From: a virus
IMG/VR virus record: IMGVR_UViG_3300036791_000797
Coordinates: 1-64,000 of that record
Reading direction: 5' to 3' (one strand)
DNA length: 64,000 bases
Shown: positions 37,877 to 45,544 of the stretch, piece after piece
Position numbering within the stretch: position 1 is the first letter of the stretch
Layout of the letters: the number at the start of each line of letters is the position of its first letter
Program-made: the position numbers and the translations under genes
The notes under the pieces: model-generated
The model's database searches: none
What the model saw: the letters and a program-made list of their open reading frames with translations, nothing else
What the model was told of the DNA's origin: nothing

Positions 37877-38079
37877 CAGCCCTCCAGCCAGCGCTTGACC
37901 GAGTCAGCGAAGCGCTCGATGTCCTGCTTCATCTTCATGCCGGTCTCGGTGCGGTAGTACACCGTGCCCGTGGCCACGCGGGTGACGGTGCAGATGTCGG
38001 GTCGGGCCGTCCCCGCCTTGGGGGAGCCCTGGATGTAGCGGGCATGCTCGAAACGCGCCCCGGCCTTGAGGTGGGTCAT
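37876..38079 (-). CDS. small hypothetical protein
   Basis: Coupled overlaps on both sides. Confidence 0.6.
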   Translation of the reverse strand: MTHLKAGARFEHARYIQGSPKAGTARPDICTVTRVATGTVYYRTETGMKMKQDIERFADSVKRWLEG

Positions 38080-38282
38080 GACCGCCCCCGCTCAACGTCC
38101 TTGAGGGTGTAACGGCGGAACTCCCGAGCCGCCGTGCGGTACTCGTCGGCCCTGAACTGCATGCGCCGCACAAGCTCGCGCTTGGCCGGGGCGAAGGTCT
38201 TGAACACGTCGTCGCCATTGGGCTCTTCGTCGCTCTCGCGGATGCCGCCGAAGATGCCGTCGGTGTAGATCTGGTAGCTCAT
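38076..38282 (-). CDS. small hypothetical protein
   Basis: ATGA overlaps on both sides. Confidence 0.6.
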   Translation of the reverse strand: MSYQIYTDGIFGGIRESDEEPNGDDVFKTFAPAKRELVRRMQFRADEYRTAAREFRRYTLKDVERGRS

Positions 38283-38557
38283 GGCCGTCCGCGCTCGATC
38301 ACGTCGAGGCCGGTGTACCAGCCTGCTGGACGCTCATTGGAGCCCCGGTTGATCCCGGCGTGCAAGTGGTTGGGGGTCTGGCGGTGGTGGGCCTCGGCAT
38401 GGGCCTGGGCCAGTTGGCCTGCGGTCCAGCTAGCCCGCATGGTGAGGCTCTGGTGGCGCTCGGCCAGGTGGGAGGCCAGGTCAGCCCGTTTCCCGGCTTT
38501 GGCGGCCCAGGCGGCCCGTACAGCGGCCTTACGGCGGTCGGTGGCGCGCTGGCTCAT
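38279..38557 (-). CDS. His/Arg-rich hypothetical protein
   Basis: MSQRATDRRKAA..., ATGA overlaps. Confidence 0.6.
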   Translation of the reverse strand: MSQRATDRRKAAVRAAWAAKAGKRADLASHLAERHQSLTMRASWTAGQLAQAHAEAHHRQTPNHLHAGINRGSNERPAGWYTGLDVIERGRP

Positions 38558-38713
38558 GATTGACCCCACACTTCCGGCCATTGATCGGCCCGGAACTCGT
38601 CCAGGTTCAGATCGGTGTCGCTGACCTGGTACTCCAGGTCGGTGCATTCCCGGCAGGGGCAGTTCCACAGGTCCACCGAGGGATCGTGGACAGGATTGGG
38701 GGGTGGTGGTCAT
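38554..38713 (-). pseudogene. small gene interrupted by a +1 frameshift in a C6 run (or recoded)
   Basis: ATG ACC ACC ACC CCC C; the +1 frame NPVHDPSVDLWNCPCREC...WGQS* is GC3-rich and ends in an ATGA overlap. Confidence 0.55.
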
Positions 38714-38720
38714 GGCAGTC

Positions 38721-38749
38721 ACATTAGCAGGTTTTCTTAGAGAAGTCCA
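38721..38749 (-). promoter_or_regulatory. repeated leaderless promoter, copy 4
   Basis: TGGACT-TCTCTAAGAAAACCTGC-TAATGT-N7-ATG(38713). Confidence 0.85.
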
Positions 38750-38765
38750 GTCGCCCTGGGAAAGG

Positions 38766-38796
38766 GGAGAGCCCCCGTTGTAGGCGGGGGCTCTCC
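38766..38796 (-). terminator. intrinsic terminator-like hairpin
   Basis: 12-bp stem GGAGAGCCCCCG / CGGGGGCTCTCC then CCTTT on the - strand. Confidence 0.65.
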
Positions 38797-39049
38797 AGTC
38801 CAGGTGTACTGCGGCACTACGGTCCTGCCTGATCTCGTACCCGGAGCTTGGTCGCATCGCAGCCTGGCGGGCTCGGGAGCCCTCCCACTCTCTCCGGCAG
38901 GGCTGGCATCCCTGCGTACTCTGTGGTTTTGGTTGTCAGAGGTCAGTTTCCGGGCTCAAGCCGTTCGCGCCGGGGCTCGCATGGACTCGACTACCGCCAC
39001 CAGGGGCCTCCCAGCCCCCGGCGCAGACGGTGCCATGCGTCGGTGAGAT
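38797..39049 (-). ncRNA. candidate structured non-coding RNA / long 3' UTR
   Basis: About 250 nt with no credible ORF; nested stems CGCATGG/CCATGCG, GCAGGG/CCCTGC, CCGGAG/CTCCGG. Confidence 0.35.
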
Positions 39050-39190
39050 CTAATCCTGGACCACCCGGCCCCGGCAGGCCCGCTTGGAGGCGACCCGCTT
39101 CTTCGAGGGGATGGTGCTGGCCCGCAAGGTGACCAGGGGGTTCATGGCTCGCTTGGCGCGAGCCGCCTGAGGTTTGCGGGTGGTGGCCAT
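39050..39190 (-). CDS. 46-aa highly basic peptide
   Basis: Leaderless start; MATTRKPQAARAKRAMNPLVTLRASTIPSKKRVASKRACRGRVVQD. Confidence 0.65.
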   Translation of the reverse strand: MATTRKPQAARAKRAMNPLVTLRASTIPSKKRVASKRACRGRVVQD

Positions 39191-39197
39191 GACAGGT

Positions 39198-39226
39198 ACA
39201 TTAGCAGGAATCCTTAGAGGAGGCAA
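39198..39226 (-). promoter_or_regulatory. repeated leaderless promoter, copy 5
   Basis: TTGCCT-CCTCTAAGGATTCCTGC-TAATGT-N7-ATG(39190). Confidence 0.85.
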
Positions 39227-39638
39227 GTCGCCTCTGGTGAGGTCGGTACTGACCCAGGGAGTTGGTGGGCACCACCTGGCTACAGGCCGGGCAGTAGGCC
39301 TCACCCTGGCCCGGCCGGGACACGCCGATGTAGGCCAGTGATCCTTCGCAACGCGTCGTCTTGGCGGTGGCCTTCTGACAGCGCTGGCACTGGGGGATCT
39401 CATCGGCCTCGTCCTCGCTCAGGTCCCACTCGCTGGGGTCGGTGACATCGATTGGGTAGACCCGGATCTCGAACCAGGACAGCCCCCGAGGGCGCTGGTA
39501 GCCAGGACGGGCCTGCTTGGGCACCAGGATCCCGCACAGGGTCTTCTCAGCCCCCTCGGGCAGCAGGTGGACACTGGTGGGCGGGGTGGTGGTGTAGAGG
39601 CTCTGAGAGCGGCTCCAGGCCACTGGGGTGAGGCTCAT
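39201..39638 (-). CDS. Cys-rich hypothetical protein
   Basis: H...TLCG...CQRC; CEGS...CPAC...H; stop is the TAA of the -10 box. Confidence 0.65.
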   Translation of the reverse strand: MSLTPVAWSRSQSLYTTTPPTSVHLLPEGAEKTLCGILVPKQARPGYQRPRGLSWFEIRVYPIDVTDPSEWDLSEDEADEIPQCQRCQKATAKTTRCEGSLAYIGVSRPGQGEAYCPACSQVVPTNSLGQYRPHQRRLASSKDSC

Positions 39639-40351
39639 GACTCAAGCGCCTTGATCAGCATGTTCATAGTGCCCCTCTTTGACCGAGGCATCTGGAAGAC
39701 CGGCTCGGGTGTATGCCCGGCCGAGCCACAGTGGCGACAACGCCAGCCGTCTCGGCGCAGTACCGTTTGGCGGACCTGGTGCCAGTAGGGTGAGGACACG
39801 AACTGGGTGTAGTAGCCCTCGTAAGGCTTGGGTGCATGTAACCAGGGATCGGCGGTGTGAGCGGCCTTGTGACAGGGATCGCACACGGTGATAAGATCGC
39901 CCAGATGAGCATGCTCCTGGGTGTGGTGATCATAGGTGAGATGGTGAATGATCAGCCGTTCCGAGGTCCGTTGCAGAGCTTGCTCTTGGGCTTGGGCATT
40001 GATGTGCGGATTGGTGCCTCGTAGTACCATCTGGGCCTTGAGCCAGCCTGGATCGCCGGGTTGCTTCGACTGCCAGTAGCCGTCAGGGTCAACTTGGCGG
40101 AGATGCCGTTGATGGGCTATCCCGGCCTGGGCCTGTTGCTGTCGTTCGACTAGCTCGGGGTGTAGGGCCAGGTATTGAGCCTTGGTGTCCTCGTCCTGAC
40201 GCCACCAGACGCTTTCCTGTTGCCGAGGCTCCAGATCCCAGAACGAGACCGGAGCCGGGGGTGGGTAGTAGACGGGCTCCGGCCGCGATGGCCTAGAAGG
40301 AGCGGACGCGGGCGTGGTCAGCCACTGCTTCAGTCGCTGCCAGAAGGTCAT
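39635..40351 (-). CDS. HNH endonuclease-like protein with permuted motif order
   Basis: IHHLTY...DLITVCDPCHKAAH precedes SPYWHQVRQTVLRRDGWRCRHCG. Confidence 0.7.
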   Translation of the reverse strand: MTFWQRLKQWLTTPASAPSRPSRPEPVYYPPPAPVSFWDLEPRQQESVWWRQDEDTKAQYLALHPELVERQQQAQAGIAHQRHLRQVDPDGYWQSKQPGDPGWLKAQMVLRGTNPHINAQAQEQALQRTSERLIIHHLTYDHHTQEHAHLGDLITVCDPCHKAAHTADPWLHAPKPYEGYYTQFVSSPYWHQVRQTVLRRDGWRCRHCGSAGHTPEPVFQMPRSKRGTMNMLIKALES

Positions 40352-40530
40352 GATTGACCCCTCTTGGCCTTGAGGACGGGCTGACGGTTGCCACAGCGAG
40401 CCACATAGCCGTCGGCGTTGGCCGGGGCGTTGTGGGAGGCCAGGTAGGCCCGGTCCTGCCAGGGCTGCTGGCGTACCGGCACCTCGGTCTGGCCGCACTT
40501 GGGGCAGGTGGCCGTCATGACCTTAGCCAT
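40348..40530 (-). CDS. small Zn-ribbon protein
   Basis: CPKC...H...C. Confidence 0.6.
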   Translation of the reverse strand: MAKVMTATCPKCGQTEVPVRQQPWQDRAYLASHNAPANADGYVARCGNRQPVLKAKRGQS

Positions 40531-40774
40531 GGTCGATCCCTGCGGCACTGTAGCCAGTGGATGTCGCTCGCCGTAGACAACGACGGCAGATGATCGGGTG
40601 AACCTGCGCCCAGGACATGCCACCACGAACCGAGATGCGCTTTGCGTCGTCAAGGATTACTGGCGTTCCACAGACTGCCGTGCCAGTTACGAGCCAGCGG
40701 GCATGCCACTTACCTCGGTCATCGACGGGGGCGAAAAACTCGGCGTGACGTGCCGTCAAGCGAGGCTGGTTCAT
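40523..40774 (-). CDS. small Cys/His protein
   Basis: WH...CG...CRRC. Confidence 0.55.
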   Translation of the reverse strand: MNQPRLTARHAEFFAPVDDRGKWHARWLVTGTAVCGTPVILDDAKRISVRGGMSWAQVHPIICRRCLRRATSTGYSAAGIDHG

Positions 40775-41337
40775 GACCACACCACCTCCTTGCCGTGCGC
40801 CCTGGCGAACTCCGCCACCTCACGCAGTTGCGCCAGGCGGTCCTCGGTGTAGCCCTCGGGACGGCCGCAGGAGATGAACGTGGCGCAGCCCTCCTCGATG
40901 AAGGTCTCGGTCTCGGTGCCGGGATCGCCTACCGACATGACCTCGGCGGCCAGCACCCGGCCCAGGAACTCCTCGGCGTCCATGCAGCCGTAGGGGTCCT
41001 CGGGCAGGGGGCCGAAGGGGCCGTCAACGACGCGGGGCCGCAGGCCCAGGGCGGACAGGATCAGGATGGCGTTGCTGTTGGAGATGTTGAGTTCGGGGCC
41101 GCGCTCGGGGTACACGGCCGTGATGAAGCAGTGGCCCAGGTCGCAGAAGCCCTCCCGCCCGAGGTAGTCGCAGCCCACCAGGACCTCGGGGATGGCCCGG
41201 TTCAGGAGATCGTGCTTGACGTAGAACGCCTCGGCGTCGGCGTAGGTACCGAACACCGGGCCACGGTTGGACTCGCAGGAGCAGCCCACCCGGAAGCCGG
41301 TGGGGGTGCCAAGTTCGGAGTGGAAGGTAACGCTCAT
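40771..41337 (-). CDS. hypothetical early protein
   Basis: Leaderless start; ELNISNSNAILILSALG...GYTEDRLAQLREVAE. Confidence 0.75.
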   Translation of the reverse strand: MSVTFHSELGTPTGFRVGCSCESNRGPVFGTYADAEAFYVKHDLLNRAIPEVLVGCDYLGREGFCDLGHCFITAVYPERGPELNISNSNAILILSALGLRPRVVDGPFGPLPEDPYGCMDAEEFLGRVLAAEVMSVGDPGTETETFIEEGCATFISCGRPEGYTEDRLAQLREVAEFARAHGKEVVWS

Positions 41338-41344
41338 GGAACCC

Positions 41345-41373
41345 ACGTTAGCAGGTTTCCTTAGAGGAGTCCA
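41345..41373 (-). promoter_or_regulatory. repeated leaderless promoter, copy 6
   Basis: TGGACT-CCTCTAAGGAAACCTGC-TAACGT-N7-ATG(41337). Confidence 0.85.
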
Positions 41374-41378
41374 GTCGG

Positions 41379-41708
41379 CTAGTCGTCCCCGTTGTAGGTC
41401 TGGACCAGCAGGCTGCGGCCGATCATCTCGGTCCACAGGGCGTCGTTGGTCAGCCTCCTGGTCTTGGGGTAGTTGACCGGGTTGCGGTAGTACCGGCCGA
41501 TGCGCTTACCGAGGACGCTGAGGTAGTCATAGCGCTCCCGGCGGCACCGCTTGCAGCGCAGGCAGACGATGACATGGGCCATGCGGGCCACCTGGCCGTC
41601 GATGTGCTTGGGCGAGGGGTTCTTGCTCCAGTCATGAGCCCACAGCGCCTTGCAGGTGAGGATGTCGTCACCAAGCTCGGTGATGTCGGTGTACTCAAGA
41701 ACGGCCAC
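41379..41708 (-). CDS. hypothetical protein (C...H...CxxC)
   Basis: GAGGG SD, GC3-rich. Confidence 0.65.
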   Translation of the reverse strand: MAVLEYTDITELGDDILTCKALWAHDWSKNPSPKHIDGQVARMAHVIVCLRCKRCRRERYDYLSVLGKRIGRYYRNPVNYPKTRRLTNDALWTEMIGRSLLVQTYNGDD

Positions 41709-42063
41709 GGGGTGCCCTCACTTGCTCGCAGATCCACATCGACCCGTCCTCGCCCAGTCCCACCTTGATGTTCTCCGGGAAGTGGAGCCCTTCGATGGGG
41801 GGCGGCAGCACCTCGTTCGGGCGCGCCACCACCGCAGGCAGCAAGGCCTGGGTCGATGCTTTGCGGGTGGCGTTGGGCCGACGCCCCCGGTGGTTGTACC
41901 GGGGGTCGTTACGGACCCGACCGCTGCGCCCACCCCAGATGTTGTGGACCTTGCGAAGATGGTTGTAGATGTTCTGGCCCTTGTATGTCCCTCCACACTC
42001 CGGGCACTGATTCAGGCCCTTCTCATGGAAGTTCTCAACGGCTCCGTTGTGTTGGTTTGTCAT
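41695..42063 (-). CDS. C2H2 Zn-finger protein
   Basis: CPECGGTYKGQNIYNHLRKVH. Confidence 0.65.
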   Translation of the reverse strand: MTNQHNGAVENFHEKGLNQCPECGGTYKGQNIYNHLRKVHNIWGGRSGRVRNDPRYNHRGRRPNATRKASTQALLPAVVARPNEVLPPPIEGLHFPENIKVGLGEDGSMWICEQVRAPRGRS

Positions 42064-42068
42064 AGGAT

Positions 42069-42875
42069 TTATACCGGGCACTCGTCAACGATCGAGCAGG
42101 CGCTCTCGACCTCTGAACGCCACTCGTCCATCTGGTCCGAGGTGGGCTCGTCGGGGGTGAATCGGCCGCTGCCGTCGCAGGTATCGCAGGCGATCTCCTC
42201 CTCCTCATCCTCGGAGCCCTCGACCCAGTCCGGGTTGGCGATCGAGCCGGAGCCTTCGCACTCCTCGCATTCGTCCTCCTCGACCTCGGGCAGGTCGGGG
42301 ACATCGACGTTCTCGATCTCGTCGGCCCAGGAGTTCAGTTGCTCGGCCACGTCGGTCAGTTCCTCCGACATGGACGTGGAGTGGCCGAAGCCCTCCTCCA
42401 CGTTGTTGGCCGACTCTTCCTTCTCCGAGGCGATCTCGCGTACTGCCTCGGCGGCCTCGTTCAGGGCCTCGGTGATCTCGTCGGGGGTGTCGGCGTTCGA
42501 GATGGCCACGCTGAAGTTGTGGCTGATCTCGGCCGTGCGCGCTGACAGCGAGGAGGAGTACTCCCACACATTCCAGGAGGGGCACTCGGCGCAGCGGTAC
42601 AGGGTCCGGCCGCCGTAGGGGCCGGAGCGAGGGGAGATGTGCTTGTAGGGGTCCCCGACCTTGATCTCGTTGCCGCACTTGCCGCACTTGCGGTTGGGCA
42701 GGGGCTTGGACTTGTCGTTCGTGGTCACGCTCAGGAAGATGGGCTTGCCCTTCTTGGTGACCCGCTGCTTGCCGTTCTTCATGACCGGCGTGCGCTTGGG
42801 CTGGCCGTCCTCATCGAGGACGGGGACCTGCTCGTAGCGCTGCTGGGCAGCCTTGACGTAGGTGGTGCGGGCCAT
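42069..42875 (-). CDS. acidic helical protein with Zn fingers
   Basis: AAGGAG SD; CGKC...CAEC and CEECEGSG...CDTCDGSG. Confidence 0.75.
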   Translation of the reverse strand: MARTTYVKAAQQRYEQVPVLDEDGQPKRTPVMKNGKQRVTKKGKPIFLSVTTNDKSKPLPNRKCGKCGNEIKVGDPYKHISPRSGPYGGRTLYRCAECPSWNVWEYSSSLSARTAEISHNFSVAISNADTPDEITEALNEAAEAVREIASEKEESANNVEEGFGHSTSMSEELTDVAEQLNSWADEIENVDVPDLPEVEEDECEECEGSGSIANPDWVEGSEDEEEEIACDTCDGSGRFTPDEPTSDQMDEWRSEVESACSIVDECPV

Positions 42876-42909
42876 CGGAGGAAACTCCTTGTTCGTGGTG
42901 GTCTCGCCC

Positions 42910-42938
42910 ACCCTAGAGGAGAATCGAGTCATTGTCAA
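42910..42938 (-). promoter_or_regulatory. sigma70-type promoter heading the leftward block
   Basis: TTGACA-N17-TAGGGT; CTCTAAG word just upstream (42944-42950). Confidence 0.75.
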
Positions 42939-42971
42939 GTCATCTTAGAGGACCCAGGCTCCGGGGAGGCC

Positions 42972-43007
42972 CCTGTCCAGGTACACCTCAGGACCCTGAA
43001 GGGGTGA
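42972..43007 (+). promoter_or_regulatory. putative phage-specific (late) promoter
   Basis: CCTGTC-N20-GAAGGGGTGA-G-ATG. Confidence 0.65.
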
Positions 43008-43008
43008 G

Positions 43009-43038
43009 ATGGGCACGTCAGCGAACCAGGGCGAATGA
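43009..43038 (+). CDS. 9-codon leader ORF (MGTSANQGE) coupled to the nucleotidyltransferase
   Basis: ATG 1 nt after the motif; its TGA forms ATGA with start 43035. Confidence 0.4.
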   Translation: MGTSANQGE

Positions 43039-44294
43039 GTCATCTCCAGGCCCAGTGGCGACAGGTCCAGGCCTGGCGACTGCCGACGGAGATCCGGGGC
43101 TATCCCCTGCCTATCGGCGGCCAGTTCGCCCACACTCAGGACACCCTGGACCCCGACCTCTTCGATCCCTCCGAGAAGATGTGGCCCTGGATCAGAGGAT
43201 CCCTCCTGGCCATCCTGGAGGCCTTCTGGCGGCCTCGCTACGGCGACTGGCGGCCCTGGACCCGGATCTACCTGGCGGGCTCCCTGGCCAGCTACTGGCA
43301 CGCCACCCTGGACTTCGACACCCTGGTGGGCGTAGACACCCACCGCCTGGTGCGTGATCACCCCGAGTTCGGGGGCATGTCCGACGCCGAGGTCTGCCAG
43401 GCCCTGACCCATGAGTTCATCACCGAGCTTGACCCCCTGCTCATTGACTGGAGCTTCCCGCCCGAGCCCAACCTGCACCGGGTCATGCACGCCCTGGGCG
43501 GGCCGGATGTGACCGACGTGTACAAGTCGGTGCCAATGACGGTGGTAACCGGGCTCGGACCCATGGAGATGACCTGGTACGTCAATCCGGCTGCCTACGA
43601 CATTCGCACCATCAGGCCCTACGCCGCTTACGACGTGACCAACGATCGCTGGGCTGTGCATCCCGACAAGATGGCCAAGACGTGGGGAGCCCAGGCTCTG
43701 GGCCATGACTTCTGGGAGCGCATGGCTGATGTAGCCGATGGCATCAAGGCCGCCCTAAAACTTCCAGAACCGGCGCGCACTTCTGAGAGCTTGCGGATAT
43801 ATGACCGCATACACACTGATCGAGGCCAGGCCTTTGGCCCGGCTGGGCGGGGGGTGACCGACCCCCGCTCCCTGCAGTGGATCGTCCTGAACCGCTGGGG
43901 TCTGCTTGGCCCCCTGGAGGTGGCCGCCCATCCCGGCCGGGAGATGGCCCACATCCCTCCGGCCATCGCCTCCTCCTGGCGGGCCATCGACCCCGGCTTC
44001 GAGTCCGGGGGCCACGGGTCCTGGCGTAACCATCCGGCCGTGGTCATCCCCGAGGGTGGGGCGGCCGGGCGCAAGCGCTACACCCTGCACGTCAACGGTG
44101 AGCCCAAGGCCAGCCGGTCCACCCTGCGCGAGGCCAAGGAGGCCCTGGAGAGCGAGTGGGGGCCGCAGGAGTGGAAGCGAGCCCGGCCCCCGAAGCAGTC
44201 GGCCACCCACTACCACTTCGGCCCCACTACCGAGTTCTCCGATCCGGCGGAATATCATTACGTCGAGAATCTGGAGCGCAATCATGAGCAGTGA
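43035..44294 (+). CDS. Pol-beta-superfamily nucleotidyltransferase with C-terminal add-on domain
   Basis: IYLAGSLASY...LDFDTLV (GS..DxD), EMTWYVNP, RPYAAYDV. Confidence 0.75.
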   Translation: MSHLQAQWRQVQAWRLPTEIRGYPLPIGGQFAHTQDTLDPDLFDPSEKMWPWIRGSLLAILEAFWRPRYGDWRPWTRIYLAGSLASYWHATLDFDTLVGVDTHRLVRDHPEFGGMSDAEVCQALTHEFITELDPLLIDWSFPPEPNLHRVMHALGGPDVTDVYKSVPMTVVTGLGPMEMTWYVNPAAYDIRTIRPYAAYDVTNDRWAVHPDKMAKTWGAQALGHDFWERMADVADGIKAALKLPEPARTSESLRIYDRIHTDRGQAFGPAGRGVTDPRSLQWIVLNRWGLLGPLEVAAHPGREMAHIPPAIASSWRAIDPGFESGGHGSWRNHPAVVIPEGGAAGRKRYTLHVNGEPKASRSTLREAKEALESEWGPQEWKRARPPKQSATHYHFGPTTEFSDPAEYHYVENLERNHEQ

Positions 44295-44577
44295 GGTCCT
44301 GTCCAAGGAACTGTCCATGCAGAAGAAGGTGCGATGGGTGTTCCCACAGGATCTAGAAGAGGGTCAAAAGGCGGCTATTCATGTGGTAGGAATAGCCATA
44401 GCTCCGTTCTTTGACTTCTATGGTGACAGGTTTCAGAACTTCGGTTCGTTCTTTGAAGGAACAGTTGAGCGTATCCTCGATGAGGATGGGGAACTCGTAG
44501 CCGTGCAGATTGGGTTCTACCTGATCCCCGACGATCTTCTCGATCATCCCAGGGTGACGGCGGTGATCGAGACATGA
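44284..44577 (+). CDS. hypothetical protein
   Basis: GGAG SD. Confidence 0.55.
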   Translation: MSSEVLSKELSMQKKVRWVFPQDLEEGQKAAIHVVGIAIAPFFDFYGDRFQNFGSFFEGTVERILDEDGELVAVQIGFYLIPDDLLDHPRVTAVIET

Positions 44578-44596
44578 GCAAGGCTGGAGGGATGCA

Positions 44597-44884
44597 ATGC
44601 CCAAGGGAGTCTGTTTCGTAACCGAGAAGCACAAGGCCGGGTTTCTGTGGGTGATCGGCAACCCGCCCCGGCCCGATGACGCCGTGCTGTACGCCGAGAC
44701 CGAGCGGGAGATCCAGTACGTGGACTGGCAGACCCAGGTCATGCACGTCAGCACCCACGGCGGGGACCTGGTCACCGCGGCTCATCGGCTAGTGGAGCGC
44801 TTCGGGGGCAAGGCCGTGAACTACTCGGTAGTCTTAGATCCGGCCGAGGCCGAGGACCTGGTTTCTCAAGCTCTCTTACATTAG
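44597..44884 (+). CDS. hypothetical protein
   Basis: GGAGG SD, GC3-rich. Confidence 0.65.
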   Translation: MPKGVCFVTEKHKAGFLWVIGNPPRPDDAVLYAETEREIQYVDWQTQVMHVSTHGGDLVTAAHRLVERFGGKAVNYSVVLDPAEAEDLVSQALLH

Positions 44885-44893
44885 GCTTGCCTC

Positions 44894-45481
44894 ATGCCTG
44901 TCTGTGGAGCCCCAGATCCTCGCAAGCGGGGAGTCAGTTGCATCCTACCGCCTGATCATGAGGATGATGAGCATAAGGATGCCTTTGGGGTCTTTGCAGA
45001 TCCTTGGCCGGTCGAAGGGCGCGATCCGCCTACGATTCCGCCCAGGACCCAGCGAGAGCAGCAGTTACATCTGCTGGAGATGTCCCGACGTGGTTCTCAA
45101 CCAAGTCATGCTCTTGAGCCTGATCTACCCAATATGGATGTTCCAGGTAGATATCGAGCGAGACGAACAGATCCTAGTACTTCAAAATCCGCTGCTAGAG
45201 GTAACTACTTATCTCATAGTATTCGCCTTCTCATTGCCTTTTCAAAGGCCGTAGATGATGGATTGAATCGTGATGAAGCAGCATCAATAGCTGGATTAAC
45301 CCCTTATCAGGCATCTAAACGAGAATCCGATCTTCACATTCATCATGGTTGGATTGAACTTGTAGTGCAGGATGGACGAGAAGTGCTTCGCAGAGGGTCT
45401 TCGGGGGAAGATCAGCAAGTTTGGCGAATCACGTTTGCTGGACTGCAGGAGCTTGTCGAGAGAGGAATCTCCGACAGCTAG
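44894..45481 (+). CDS. winged-HTH protein
   Basis: ARRTDPSTSKSAA, GLNRDEAA...KRESDL...GWIE...VWRIT; AT-richer than flanks. Confidence 0.6.
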   Translation: MPVCGAPDPRKRGVSCILPPDHEDDEHKDAFGVFADPWPVEGRDPPTIPPRTQREQQLHLLEMSRRGSQPSHALEPDLPNMDVPGRYRARRTDPSTSKSAARGNYLSHSIRLLIAFSKAVDDGLNRDEAASIAGLTPYQASKRESDLHIHHGWIELVVQDGREVLRRGSSGEDQQVWRITFAGLQELVERGISDS

Positions 45482-45517
45482 CCTGTCTCTTCCGAGATCA
45501 GCCCCACGAAGGAGTGA
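45482..45517 (+). promoter_or_regulatory. putative phage-specific (late) promoter
   Basis: CCTGTC-N20-GAAGGAGTGA; separate GAGGGAG SD before ATG 45545. Confidence 0.7.
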
Positions 45518-45544
45518 AGTTCACCTTCGTGAGGGAGTCCTTGC

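Noticed and set aside
38797-39049. Hammerhead ribozyme, tRNA or tmRNA
   Set aside because: No CUGANGA/GAAA core in the right order and no T-loop/CCA cloverleaf recognised
35693-41373. The ~35-bp repeats as a CRISPR array or integron attC sites
   Set aside because: Separated by whole genes, not palindromic like attC, no integrase, and fully explained by -35/-10 geometry
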